This document shows, in pieces, positions 48,945-56,958 of a stretch of DNA of 64,000 nt. How positions within the stretch are numbered: position 1 is the first letter of the stretch; each line of letters begins with the position of its first letter. Origin of the DNA: Myxococcota bacterium (lineage in GTDB: Bacteria; Myxococcota; XYA12-FULL-58-9; JALHOP01); the NCBI GenBank assembly GCA_041288095.1, contig JBGGMJ010000182.1:861-64860 (forward strand). The letters run 5' to 3'. The position numbers and the translations under genes were made by a program. The notes under the pieces are model-generated. The model saw nothing but the letters and a program-made list of their open reading frames with translations. It did no database searches and was not told where the DNA came from.

Positions 48945-49020
48945 AGGCGAGTAGCTCCAACGGTAGAGCGGCGGTCTCCAAAACCGCATGTTGTGGGTTC
49001 AAATCCCTCCTCGCCTGCCA
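48945..49020 (+). tRNA. tRNA-Trp (anticodon CCA)
   Basis: Acceptor AGGCGAG/CTCGCCT, anticodon stem-loop GCGGT-CT-CCA-AA-ACCGC, T-loop GGTTCAAATCC, encoded CCA. It sits in the conserved position between tuf and secE. Confidence 0.9.
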
Positions 49021-49044
49021 CGGAACGCTACGGTTGTTCGCGAG

Positions 49045-49072
49045 AGCAGGCTTCGATGCCTGCTTTCTTTTT
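49045..49072 (+). terminator. hairpin plus T-tract after tRNA-Trp (terminator or processing/attenuation site)
   Basis: AGCAGGC-TTCGAT-GCCTGCT stem-loop followed by TTCTTTTT. It ends only 11 nt before the secE ATG, so its role relative to secE expression is unclear. Confidence 0.45.
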
Positions 49073-49083
49073 GAGGGTGCGCA

Positions 49084-49470
49084 ATGCAGCGAGATCGTTA
49101 CGTCTTCATCGGGGTCATCGCGTTAGCCGCTATCGCGGCGATGCCGTTGGCGCACGCTCTGACGTGGCTCTTCGCCTACGTCGGCGTGGCTAACCCACGC
49201 ATCTTCGGCGACTTGAGCTTGACAAATTTGGTCGCGTACTGCATTGCGCTCGCCGCAGCTTTGTTCTGCCTCCTGCATCGCCCTACGCGACAGGTTGCGG
49301 GCGAAGTGGTCGAAGAGCTCTCGAAGGTCAGTTGGCCGTCGCGAGCCGAGACCGGAAGCGCGACGGTGGTGGTCATCGTTACGGTGGTCATCTGTTCGCT
49401 CTTCCTCGGTTTCTTCGATGTGATGTGGCGCGCCATTACCGACTGGATCTTGGGCTCGGCGACGAGCTGA
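49084..49470 (+). CDS. secE: preprotein translocase subunit SecE (three-TM form)
   Basis: 128 aa. The C-terminal conserved segment is EVVEELSKVSWPSRAETGSATVVVIVTVVICSLFLGFFD. It lies in the conserved position upstream of nusG. Confidence 0.8.
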   Translation: MQRDRYVFIGVIALAAIAAMPLAHALTWLFAYVGVANPRIFGDLSLTNLVAYCIALAAALFCLLHRPTRQVAGEVVEELSKVSWPSRAETGSATVVVIVTVVICSLFLGFFDVMWRAITDWILGSATS

Positions 49471-49489
49471 CGGAATACGAAACGACATC

Positions 49490-50095
49490 ATGATGACCAG
49501 CACGGACAACGAGCAGACAGGCGCACAGGCGATGGCCCCGGAAGGCACGCCCGCGGTGAACCCCAACCTCAAGTGGTACGTCGTTCACACGTACTCGGTG
49601 TACGAGAACCGCGCGAAGAAGTCCCTCGAAGAGCGCATCAAGCAGGGCCACATGGAGGCCCGCTTCGGCGAGGTTCTCATCCCCACCGAAAACGTGATGG
49701 AGCTGGGCAAGGGCGGTCAGAAGAAGACCACCAAGCGCAAGTTCTTCCCGGGGTACATGCTGGTGCAAATGGAGCTGACCGACGAGAGCTGGCATCTCGT
49801 GAAGTCGACTCCGAAGATCACCGGCTTCGTCGGCGACGCCACCAAGCCCCCGGCGATTCCCGAGAGCGAAGTTCGCAAGCTCACCCAGCAGATCGACGAA
49901 GGCACGCTCAAGCCCAAGCCGCGTGTGCAGTTCGAGGACGGCGAGAACGTGCGCGTCGTCGATGGCCCGTTCGCCAACTTCAACGGCGTCGTGGACGGCG
50001 TGAACAGCGACAAGGGCAAGGTTCGAGTTTTGGTGTCGATCTTCGGGCGCGCGACGCCCGTCGAGCTCGATTTCATTCAGGTCGAGAAGGCTTAA
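49490..50095 (+). CDS. nusG: transcription termination/antitermination factor NusG
   Basis: 201 aa with KWYVVHTYSVYENRAKKSLEERI (NGN domain) and a C-terminal KOW (ENVRVVDGPFANFNGVV). Confidence 0.9.
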   Translation: MMTSTDNEQTGAQAMAPEGTPAVNPNLKWYVVHTYSVYENRAKKSLEERIKQGHMEARFGEVLIPTENVMELGKGGQKKTTKRKFFPGYMLVQMELTDESWHLVKSTPKITGFVGDATKPPAIPESEVRKLTQQIDEGTLKPKPRVQFEDGENVRVVDGPFANFNGVVDGVNSDKGKVRVLVSIFGRATPVELDFIQVEKA

Positions 50096-50126
50096 AGAAA
50101 GTCTTCAGTAAGCAAGGCGTAGGATC

Positions 50127-50570
50127 ATGGCTAAGAAGGTCTCCGGTTTCATCAAGTTGCAAATCCCCGCTGGTAAGGCGAACCCCTCGCCGCCGGTCGG
50201 TCCTGCGCTCGGTCAGCACGGCGTGAACATCATGCAGTTCTGCAAAGAGTTCAACGCGCGCACCCAGAAGGAAGGCGACATGATCATCCCCGTGGTGATC
50301 ACCGTCTTCAGCGACCGCTCGTTCACCTTCATCACCAAGACCCCGCCGGCGTCGATCCTTCTCAAGAAGGTCACCGGCATGAAGACCACCAAGAAGCCGG
50401 GTGCGGGCTCGAAGGAGCCCAACAAGACCAAGGTGGGCAAGGTCACGATGAAGCAGATCGAAGAAGTGGCCAAGCAGAAGATGCCCGACATGAACGCCAA
50501 GGACCTCAAGGGCGCCATGAACAGCATCATGGGTACGGCCAAGTCCATGGGCCTCGACATCGTTCAGTAA
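50127..50570 (+). CDS. rplK: 50S ribosomal protein L11
   Basis: 147 aa: [44 protein letters not shown]. Confidence 0.95.
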   Translation: MAKKVSGFIKLQIPAGKANPSPPVGPALGQHGVNIMQFCKEFNARTQKEGDMIIPVVITVFSDRSFTFITKTPPASILLKKVTGMKTTKKPGAGSKEPNKTKVGKVTMKQIEEVAKQKMPDMNAKDLKGAMNSIMGTAKSMGLDIVQ

Positions 50571-50593
50571 GAACGAAAAGGCTCGGAATCGAA

Positions 50594-50634
50594 GGCCCGC
50601 TGACGGTACGCCGTTGGCGGGCTTTTTTCGTTTT
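50594..50634 (+). terminator. rho-independent terminator immediately after rplK
   Basis: GGCCCGCTGACGG-TAC-GCCGTTGGCGGGC hairpin (with G-U pairs) followed by TTTTTTCGTTTT. It starts 24 nt after the rplK stop. Confidence 0.65.
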
Positions 50635-50668
50635 GCCCTGGCTGGACGAGCCGGCGGATAAGGCGCCT

Positions 50669-51559
50669 ATGCGAAGCGCTCGCTCATTGCTCACGACCGC
50701 GATCCTGGCCGCTCTGACGTGGGTCGGTGTTGCTTGCGCGACGCGCGATGACGAGCCCGTCGAAGCGCACCCCGAGGCCGCGGCACCGGCGCCTTCGCCG
50801 ATCGTACCGCCCGCGGGCGCGATCGATCCAGCGCCCGAGCCGGCGACTCCACCTCCGGAGGACGACGACTCGCCGACCCTCGTCGCGTACCCACCCCCGC
50901 GAATCGAGAACGTCGTTGTACGCCGAAGCGGTCAGGAGGTGCGTCTCGTCGCGCGCGTGAGCCGCGTCCGTGGCGCCAGCAGGTACGATCTGCAGGTGGC
51001 GAAGACCCTCATGTTCGAGCCACTTCTCGCGGAGGGCTCCACGTCGGGGCGCTCTGTGAACGTCGGACCGCTCCCGCCGGGGATGTTCTTCGTCCACGCG
51101 CGGGCCGTCGGGGCTGCTGGTGAAGGACCCTTCGGCGATGTGCGCGTCGTTCACGCTCACAAGGGCGGTCTCGCGAAGCTACGGCCGGTGACCGAGGAAG
51201 ACGCGGCAGAGCCGATGCTCGCTGGGCTCCCCCCGGAGAAGACCGCCGGGGCGACGCCCGCCGCGAGTGCCGTGCTCATCGCGACGCCCGAGGCCAAGCC
51301 GAACCTCGCCCGCTTGGGTCCGCTACGCCAGCGCTACGAGCAGCTGCAGCGCGAGCTCGCCGAGGTCGAAGGGCTACGACGCGAAGTCGAGGCCAAGGTC
51401 GCGGAGCTGCGAGGACGCCTGGCGGGTGCCAAGGCGAAGAGCGCGGCGACGCTCCAGGGTGACCTCGAGGTCCTCGAGGCGACCCGCACGCAGCTCGATC
51501 GCGAGATTACCGCTGGCCTCGCCGAGCTCGACCGCATGCTGGCTGCTTCGACGCCCTGA
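50669..51559 (+). CDS. hypothetical lipoprotein with a Pro-rich linker, an Ig/FN3-like middle and a C-terminal coiled coil
   Basis: The ATG at 50669 gives MRSARSLLTTAILAALTWVGVAC (lipobox). There is a Pro/Ala-rich stretch. The C-terminus has heptad-like LRQRYEQLQRELAEVEGLRREVEAKVAELRGRL. The track ORF starts at TTG 50633. Confidence 0.5.
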   Translation: MRSARSLLTTAILAALTWVGVACATRDDEPVEAHPEAAAPAPSPIVPPAGAIDPAPEPATPPPEDDDSPTLVAYPPPRIENVVVRRSGQEVRLVARVSRVRGASRYDLQVAKTLMFEPLLAEGSTSGRSVNVGPLPPGMFFVHARAVGAAGEGPFGDVRVVHAHKGGLAKLRPVTEEDAAEPMLAGLPPEKTAGATPAASAVLIATPEAKPNLARLGPLRQRYEQLQRELAEVEGLRREVEAKVAELRGRLAGAKAKSAATLQGDLEVLEATRTQLDREITAGLAELDRMLAASTP

Positions 51560-51621
51560 TCCGACGCGGTGTCAGGTCCAGACCGGACAACGGGCTCGAT
51601 GGTCAGGCCGATACTCGCATC

Positions 51622-53346
51622 ATGAATCTCGATAAAGCGTCGGGTGTTGTTCTTCGCGGAACAACGCGGGTGGGTGGCGAGGCGCGGACGGACGCGGGGA
51701 CTAGCGACAAGCCCGGTGGTCCGGCGCTCCATACGGGGCGCAATCCGGCCGCGGACGGTATCGTCCGTGTTGGCGGACAGGCGCCGGCGACCCAGCTCAG
51801 CATGCTGACTCGGACGACCTTCGATCGCGCGGTGACGCTCGTCGCCGTCTTCGGCAAGACCAGCGACTTCGCCGACCTCAAGTTCGACTTCACCGGCGAC
51901 GCCGGCCAGGCCCATCGCGCTCGGGCCGCGGTTAGCGATGCCTTGCAGGGGTGGTTTCCGCGCTGGGAGAACCCAGCGTTCAAGTTCCGTCAGATTGGTG
52001 AGTCCATCTGCAAGGCGATCACCGGCTCCTTGGCCTGGAACGTCGCCGCGTGGCCGTGCAGCTTGTTCGAGGTCCGCTCGTACCCCTTGCGCGGGCTCGA
52101 CACCGGACGGACGAGCGCTGAATACATCGCGGCGGGGCTCCAGCTCCTGACCGCTCTAGCGGAGCGCGACCTCGTCGACCTGAAGGCGATCGTGAAACCA
52201 GACGACGTCAAGGCGCTGGTTGCCCTGGTCGGCGCCGGGCGAGCCATGCGCGACCAGAGTCCGACACCGGCGCTCGCGAGGTCATTGCCATTCTTGCGGG
52301 TGAGCGCCGCCAAGCCGTCGGCTGGCGCGTCCGCGACCGCCTTCGAGGATCACTTCCGTTCACGCGGCATCCAGGCACGCGCCGCGGCGGCGGACGTGGT
52401 CACCTCGGCCGTCGCGGTCTTGCAAGTTGTGGCGCCCGAGGCTCTCGCCGCGATCGAGACGACGGTTCGTCCGGCAACCCCGGCCGAGCGCTTGGCCGTC
52501 GACACCACGCTCTCCGCCGGTGGCATCGAGGCGCTGGCTCACGTGATCGAAGCCAACAAGCGCGGCGGCGGTTACTTCGACACCACCGGCCTACGCATGG
52601 CCATCGAGCGTTTGGTGATCGAGGGCTTCGTCGACACTCCCAGGTCGCGTGAGCGCAATGCCGAGGCGGGGCGCGAGCTCATCGGCGCTTACATCGGCGC
52701 GCTCAAGACCGTTAGAGGTTCTCTCGCGTACACCAGGCGCGAGGACGCAACGCGCGCCCAGACCCTGTGCGACGAGCTTGCGACCTTGTGCTCGGCGCTA
52801 CGCGACGGCCAGCTCGGCGCCGCGGTCACCGCCAGGATGCACGCCTTCGAGTATCCGCAGAAGGTCGCGCAGATCGCAGGCTCGATGCGCGAGCGCTTGC
52901 AGCCCCTCGCAGCTGGCGGCGATGCAGACGCGACGGCGACGCTCGCGGCGGTCGAACGCTTGAGCGCCACATTCTCCGCGATCGAGCCCCTGGTACACGA
53001 TTTCACCGGCTTGTCGTCCGAGGCACGGCTCAAAGCCGTTACCAAGCTGCTGGGCGGCTACGTGGACAAGCTCGGTCCGCTAGAGCGACAGCTGCGTTAC
53101 GAGCCCGCGGCGGGCGAGGGGGAAGCGCGCAAGCTCTGCGAGGACCTCGGCAAGCTCCTCCAGTCGCTCGCGGGCGACCCCTACGTCGGCGACCTGCGCA
53201 AGCATGTCGACACGTCGGGGATAGGGCGTCAAATGCGCCGGCACATCGATCGGATCATGGACCAGGTGCAGGACACCCCAGAGGCCGTCGAGAACGGCAC
53301 GCTGGCCGCGCTCACCCGCCTGCGGGCCACCCTCATGGACTGGTGA
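51622..53346 (+). CDS. orphan all-helical protein, tandem paralogue B (574 aa)
   Basis: Collinear with the next ORF (N-termini MNLDKASGVVLRG...HTGRNPAADGIVRVGG...TRTTFDRAVTLVAVFG vs MTIHKASVVVRGR...HTGCNPATDGTVRKSG...TRTTFERAVTLAMVFG). It has an extra C-terminal repeat unit. Confidence 0.55.
   Translation: MNLDKASGVVLRGTTRVGGEARTDAGTSDKPGGPALHTGRNPAADGIVRVGGQAPATQLSMLTRTTFDRAVTLVAVFGKTSDFADLKFDFTGDAGQAHRARAAVSDALQGWFPRWENPAFKFRQIGESICKAITGSLAWNVAAWPCSLFEVRSYPLRGLDTGRTSAEYIAAGLQLLTALAERDLVDLKAIVKPDDVKALVALVGAGRAMRDQSPTPALARSLPFLRVSAAKPSAGASATAFEDHFRSRGIQARAAAADVVTSAVAVLQVVAPEALAAIETTVRPATPAERLAVDTTLSAGGIEALAHVIEANKRGGGYFDTTGLRMAIERLVIEGFVDTPRSRERNAEAGRELIGAYIGALKTVRGSLAYTRREDATRAQTLCDELATLCSALRDGQLGAAVTARMHAFEYPQKVAQIAGSMRERLQPLAAGGDADATATLAAVERLSATFSAIEPLVHDFTGLSSEARLKAVTKLLGGYVDKLGPLERQLRYEPAAGEGEARKLCEDLGKLLQSLAGDPYVGDLRKHVDTSGIGRQMRRHIDRIMDQVQDTPEAVENGTLAALTRLRATLMDW
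52339..52512 (+). repeat. 174-nt highly conserved segment shared with 53931..54104 (intragenic, between the tandem paralogues)
   Basis: Hand alignment: gccttcgaggatcacttccgttcacgcggcatccaggcacgcgcc... vs gccttcgaggatcatttccgttcacgtggcatgcaagcgcgcgcc.... The encoded 58 aa are about 84% identical (AFEDHFRSRG[I/M]QARAAAADVVTSAVAVL...). Confidence 0.7.
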
Positions 53347-53357
53347 AGGCGCCAACC

Positions 53358-54671
53358 ATGACCATCCACAAGGCATCGGTTGTTGTTCGCGGCCGCTTAG
53401 CGCAGGCGGGCAGCCAGCCGCGGCTAGACACAGAGGCCAGTCGTGAGGCGGGTGGGGCAAGGCTTCACACTGGGTGTAACCCAGCCACCGACGGGACCGT
53501 CCGCAAGAGCGGTCGGAAGCGCCAGTCTGCCACGGACGTGCTTACCCGGACCACCTTCGAGCGCGCTGTGACTCTGGCCATGGTCTTCGGCGACGCCAAA
53601 CATGTCGCCGAGTCGTCGCAGAACCCTGCCGTCAATCGTGAGATCGGCAGATCGATTTGCAAAGGAATCAGTGTTCTCGCCTGGAGAGTCGATGAATCGC
53701 CGTGCCGCCTCCTCGATAGGCAATCGTATCCCCAGCGTGGCCTCACCGACGGACGCATGGGCGTCGAATACATCGCGGCAGGGCTACGGCTGCTGACCGC
53801 TTTGGCCGACCGCGACCTCAAGGAGATCGTGAACGCCACGGATGTCGAGGCGCTTGTCGCCGTGATCCGGGCTGGTAGAGCCATGCGCGACCAGATCCCT
53901 ACGTCGGCGCTCGCTGGGCCTGTGGCGACGGCCTTCGAGGATCATTTCCGTTCACGTGGCATGCAAGCGCGCGCCGCCGCGGCCGACGTCGTGACGTCCG
54001 CGGTCGCGGTCCTTCGGCGTGTCGCGCCCGAAGCTCTCGCCCAGGTGGACACGACCGTTCGCCCTGCAAACACCACCGAGCGCCTGGCTGTCGATACGAC
54101 GCTCCACGGCTGTGCGCAGACCCTGACAGCCGAGGTGCTCGATCACGTGAGCGAGGCCAACAAGCTCCGCGGCAGGTCCTTCGACACCCCAAGGTTGCGC
54201 ATCGCGGTCGAACGTCTCGCCCTCGAGGGGTTCGTCGATACACCGAGGTCGCGCCAGCGCAACGTCGAGGCGGCGCGGGAATGCGTCGCCGCCTATGTCG
54301 GCGCGCTTCGCGGCATCGCGGGCCACCTCGTGTACATGACGCCCGACGACGCCAAGCGTGCCCAGAATCTTTGCGACGAGCTTTCGACGTTATGCACCGC
54401 GCTGCGTGATGGGCCGCTCGGTGCCGACATCGCTGCCAGGATGCGCGTGTTCGAGTACCCGCGCATGCTCTTCAGGATTATCGCGTCGATGCGCGAGCGC
54501 CTTCGACCACTCACGGCGGGCGGGGACGTACACGCGAAAGCGACTCTTGAGGCGGTGGGCCGCTTGCGCGACGCCTTCGCGCGGATTGATCCCCCATTGC
54601 ACGATTTCATGGTCGTGTGTGCCGACGTGGTTTACGACAACGCCGCGCCAAAACCCTCGACGAGTCGTTAG
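53358..54671 (+). CDS. orphan all-helical protein, tandem paralogue C (437 aa)
   Basis: The ATG at 53358 is 11 nt after the stop of paralogue B. The longer track ORF (52767..) is an alternate-frame run-in across the preceding gene. Confidence 0.55.
   Translation: MTIHKASVVVRGRLAQAGSQPRLDTEASREAGGARLHTGCNPATDGTVRKSGRKRQSATDVLTRTTFERAVTLAMVFGDAKHVAESSQNPAVNREIGRSICKGISVLAWRVDESPCRLLDRQSYPQRGLTDGRMGVEYIAAGLRLLTALADRDLKEIVNATDVEALVAVIRAGRAMRDQIPTSALAGPVATAFEDHFRSRGMQARAAAADVVTSAVAVLRRVAPEALAQVDTTVRPANTTERLAVDTTLHGCAQTLTAEVLDHVSEANKLRGRSFDTPRLRIAVERLALEGFVDTPRSRQRNVEAARECVAAYVGALRGIAGHLVYMTPDDAKRAQNLCDELSTLCTALRDGPLGADIAARMRVFEYPRMLFRIIASMRERLRPLTAGGDVHAKATLEAVGRLRDAFARIDPPLHDFMVVCADVVYDNAAPKPSTSR
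53931..54104 (+). repeat. second copy of the 174-nt conserved segment (see 52339..52512)
   Basis: Same hand alignment as above. Confidence 0.7.
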
Positions 54672-54808
54672 CCCGCCGACATCGCGGCGCGCTCGAATAG
54701 CGGTGATACGCCGCTGTCACGATGACAGGGTCATCCAACGCGCGGTTGAGCCGTTCCACGAGGCTCGAGCGACTCACCGCATAACGACGAACGCTACGGA
54801 GCTCAACG

Positions 54809-56188
54809 ATGAAACCAATCATTGTGTGGTGTTGCTTTGCCATCGGCCTGACGGTGCTCGCACCCCGGCTGGTGGACGCCGGTGAGTGCATATCGGGTTA
54901 TTGCGGAACGCCGACCCAGTCGGGCGGTGGTGGCGGCTGTGGCTGCGGGTGCGGCTGTGGTTGCAGCATCCTTGTCGCTATGACGGACAGAGGCGTGACA
55001 TACCAGTTCGCCGACGATCAGGACGGCGATGGGGTCGAGGACGACTTCGACAACTGCGCCTTCAACTCGAACTACGACCAAGCGGACGCCGACGGCGATC
55101 AAATCGGCGACGCTTGTGACAACTGCGCGAGCGCCGCGAACACGGTGCAGCGGGACGTCAACCTGAACGGTGTCGGCGATGCCTGTGATGCCGACGCCGA
55201 CGGCGACCATATCGCGAACGAGCGCGACAACTGCGCCTTCATCCCTAATCCGTCGCAGGCCAACAACGACGGGGATACCGAGGGCGACATTTGCGATCTC
55301 GACGACGACAACGATGGTCTCGCCGACACGCAGGATCCCTGCCGCTTGGTGGCCGGCGGCTCGAGCGGTGGCGGTGCTTGCGACGATGACCCCGACCAGG
55401 ACGGCCTCGTGAACGAGGCGGACAACTGTCCTGAGGTGTCGAACGCCGGAGCGCGTGACATCGACGTCGATGGCGTCGGCGACGCCTGTGACCAGGACGC
55501 CGACGGCGACGGCCGCGAGAACTTCCGGGACAACTGCGCCTATGTCGCTAACCCCGGCCAGGTCGACGCCGACAACGATGGCCTCGGCGATGCCGGAAAC
55601 TTCGGCTCGGGCACCGGCCTCGAGTCTTGTGACACCAAGGAGTGTTACGTCGTCGACCGCGGGGCCTACTCCGCGATGTCGGACGGTGAGAAGACCGCGT
55701 CGTGCTTGGACCCCACACAGGCGTTCTCGACGCGCCTCGCGCTCGCTGGAGCGAACACACTCACCGGGCTGCGTACCGGCGACGTCATCGAGGTGCGCCT
55801 GTTCACCAATCGGTTGAACGCCGTGCACACCTGGTCGGCGGCTTTCGATACCGCGCCCGACGACTCGATGAGCACGCTGGACAACGCCATCGGCTCCGCC
55901 GCGACCTATCCGGGTTCGTTCCAGGTCGGTGCCGACCCGACCTACAGCACCATCCGCTTCAAGGCCGACCGAGCCGGAGCGTATCGCGTTCGCGTGAGCA
56001 CCGAGCTCCAGGGTGGCGACCTGCTGGGTCTGCCGGTCAGCACTAGCACGCAAGAGATCGTGGCTGAGGTTGGTGAAGGCGCGGGGGACGAGTCAGGTGG
56101 CTGTGCGTCGACTCGCGCTCAGGCAAGTCTGCTCGCACTTGTGGTGGCGTTGGGGCTCGCCGCGGGCCTGCGCACGCGCCGAGGCTGA
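54809..56188 (+). CDS. secreted thrombospondin type-3 repeat protein with a MYXO-CTERM-like sorting tail
   Basis: The signal peptide is MKPIIVWCCFAIGLTVLAPRLVDA. There are at least 8 TSP3-type Ca-binding repeats (DQDGDGVEDDFDNC, DADGDQIGDACDNC, DADADGDHIANERDNC, NNDGDTEGDICD, DPDQDGLVNEADNC, DQDADGDGRENFRDNC, DADNDGLGD). The C-terminus GGCASTRAQASLLALVVALGLAAGLRTRRG has Cys + TM helix + Arg cluster. Confidence 0.85.
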   Translation: MKPIIVWCCFAIGLTVLAPRLVDAGECISGYCGTPTQSGGGGGCGCGCGCGCSILVAMTDRGVTYQFADDQDGDGVEDDFDNCAFNSNYDQADADGDQIGDACDNCASAANTVQRDVNLNGVGDACDADADGDHIANERDNCAFIPNPSQANNDGDTEGDICDLDDDNDGLADTQDPCRLVAGGSSGGGACDDDPDQDGLVNEADNCPEVSNAGARDIDVDGVGDACDQDADGDGRENFRDNCAYVANPGQVDADNDGLGDAGNFGSGTGLESCDTKECYVVDRGAYSAMSDGEKTASCLDPTQAFSTRLALAGANTLTGLRTGDVIEVRLFTNRLNAVHTWSAAFDTAPDDSMSTLDNAIGSAATYPGSFQVGADPTYSTIRFKADRAGAYRVRVSTELQGGDLLGLPVSTSTQEIVAEVGEGAGDESGGCASTRAQASLLALVVALGLAAGLRTRRG

Positions 56189-56233
56189 GTGGGCCGCGCG
56201 GGTAAGCAAAGGTAGGTGTTCGCGCCTTCCCGA

Positions 56234-56273
56234 AGCCCCTCCTGGCCAAAAGCGTAGGCCAGGAGGGGCTTTC
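56234..56273 (+). terminator. perfect 14-bp stem-loop downstream of the TSP3 gene (probable terminator)
   Basis: AGCCCCTCCTGGCC (56234-56247), a 9-nt loop, then GGCCAGGAGGGGCT (56257-56270), followed by TTC. The U-tract is short, so termination efficiency is uncertain. Confidence 0.5.
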
Positions 56274-56355
56274 GAGCAGGCCGCGAAAAGTTGAGCTGAA
56301 CTTGGCGGCCCGAGCGACACTCAATGTCGTGGCCGTCCTACGCGATCAGAAGAGC

Positions 56356-56958
56356 ATGAACAGGTCCGACTCTTCGACAGTGCGGCCGGTGGCGCTCATG
56401 ACGGCGGTCCGCAACGGCGAGCCCGGCGCGGCGGCGATGCTCTTCGATGGGCTCGCGCCTCGCATCCGACGGCTCCTGCGGCGCGCCTGCGGAGCCACCC
56501 ATGACCTCGACGATCTCGTCCAGGATTGCTTCCTCAAGCTGTGGAAGAGCATCGGCCGCCTAAAGGACCCCGAGCGGCTCGACGGCTTCGTGTACGCGAT
56601 CGCGGTCCACACGGCGCGCTCGGCGCTACGCAAGCGCTACGTTCGGCGTATCCTCAGGATCGACACCGCGGTAGTCGAAGAGGTCGGCGATGCGTATTCG
56701 GGCACCGTCGAGCAGCGCGAGAGAGCGCGAGTCGGGGCGGCGGTCTTGGACGGTTTGAGCCCGGAGCTCCGCCTCGCTTTCGTTTTGAGGCACGTCGAGG
56801 AGCTCGATCTCCAAGAGGGAGCCGAGGCATTGGGAGTCTCGTTGTCGACGTTCAAGCGGCGCGTCGCCGCGGCGGAGCGGCGGGTCGATGTTTTGATGCG
56901 GCGCGCGTCACCATTACCGACATCGGTGACGCAGTGGTCGGGGGGAGAAGGGGTATGA
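56356..56958 (+). CDS. ECF (group 4) RNA polymerase sigma factor
   Basis: Start ATG at 56356. Region 2: DLVQDCFLKLWKSIGRLKDPERLDGFVYAIAVHTARSALRKR. Region 4 HTH: LSPELRLAFVLRHVEELDLQEGAEALGVSLSTFKRRV. Confidence 0.8.
   Translation: MNRSDSSTVRPVALMTAVRNGEPGAAAMLFDGLAPRIRRLLRRACGATHDLDDLVQDCFLKLWKSIGRLKDPERLDGFVYAIAVHTARSALRKRYVRRILRIDTAVVEEVGDAYSGTVEQRERARVGAAVLDGLSPELRLAFVLRHVEELDLQEGAEALGVSLSTFKRRVAAAERRVDVLMRRASPLPTSVTQWSGGEGV

Noticed and set aside
52767-53357. N-terminal 197-aa extension of the 634-aa ORF
   Set aside because: It is an alternate-frame run through the 3' part of paralogue B and is Arg/Ala/Gly-rich. The ATG at 53358 aligns residue-for-residue with the N-terminus of paralogue B.
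54980-55620. Periodic DNA repeats that could be mistaken for a CRISPR-like or tandem-repeat array
   Set aside because: The periodicity is in-frame coding for TSP3 calcium-binding repeats. The units are degenerate at the DNA level with no constant repeat/spacer structure. No cas genes are in the window.
54803-56053. 416-aa minus-strand ORF
   Set aside because: It is antisense to the TSP3-repeat gene. Its apparent repeats (…VGVxxTGxADxI…) are just the complement of the TSP3 Asp/Gly/Asn/Cys codon repeats.
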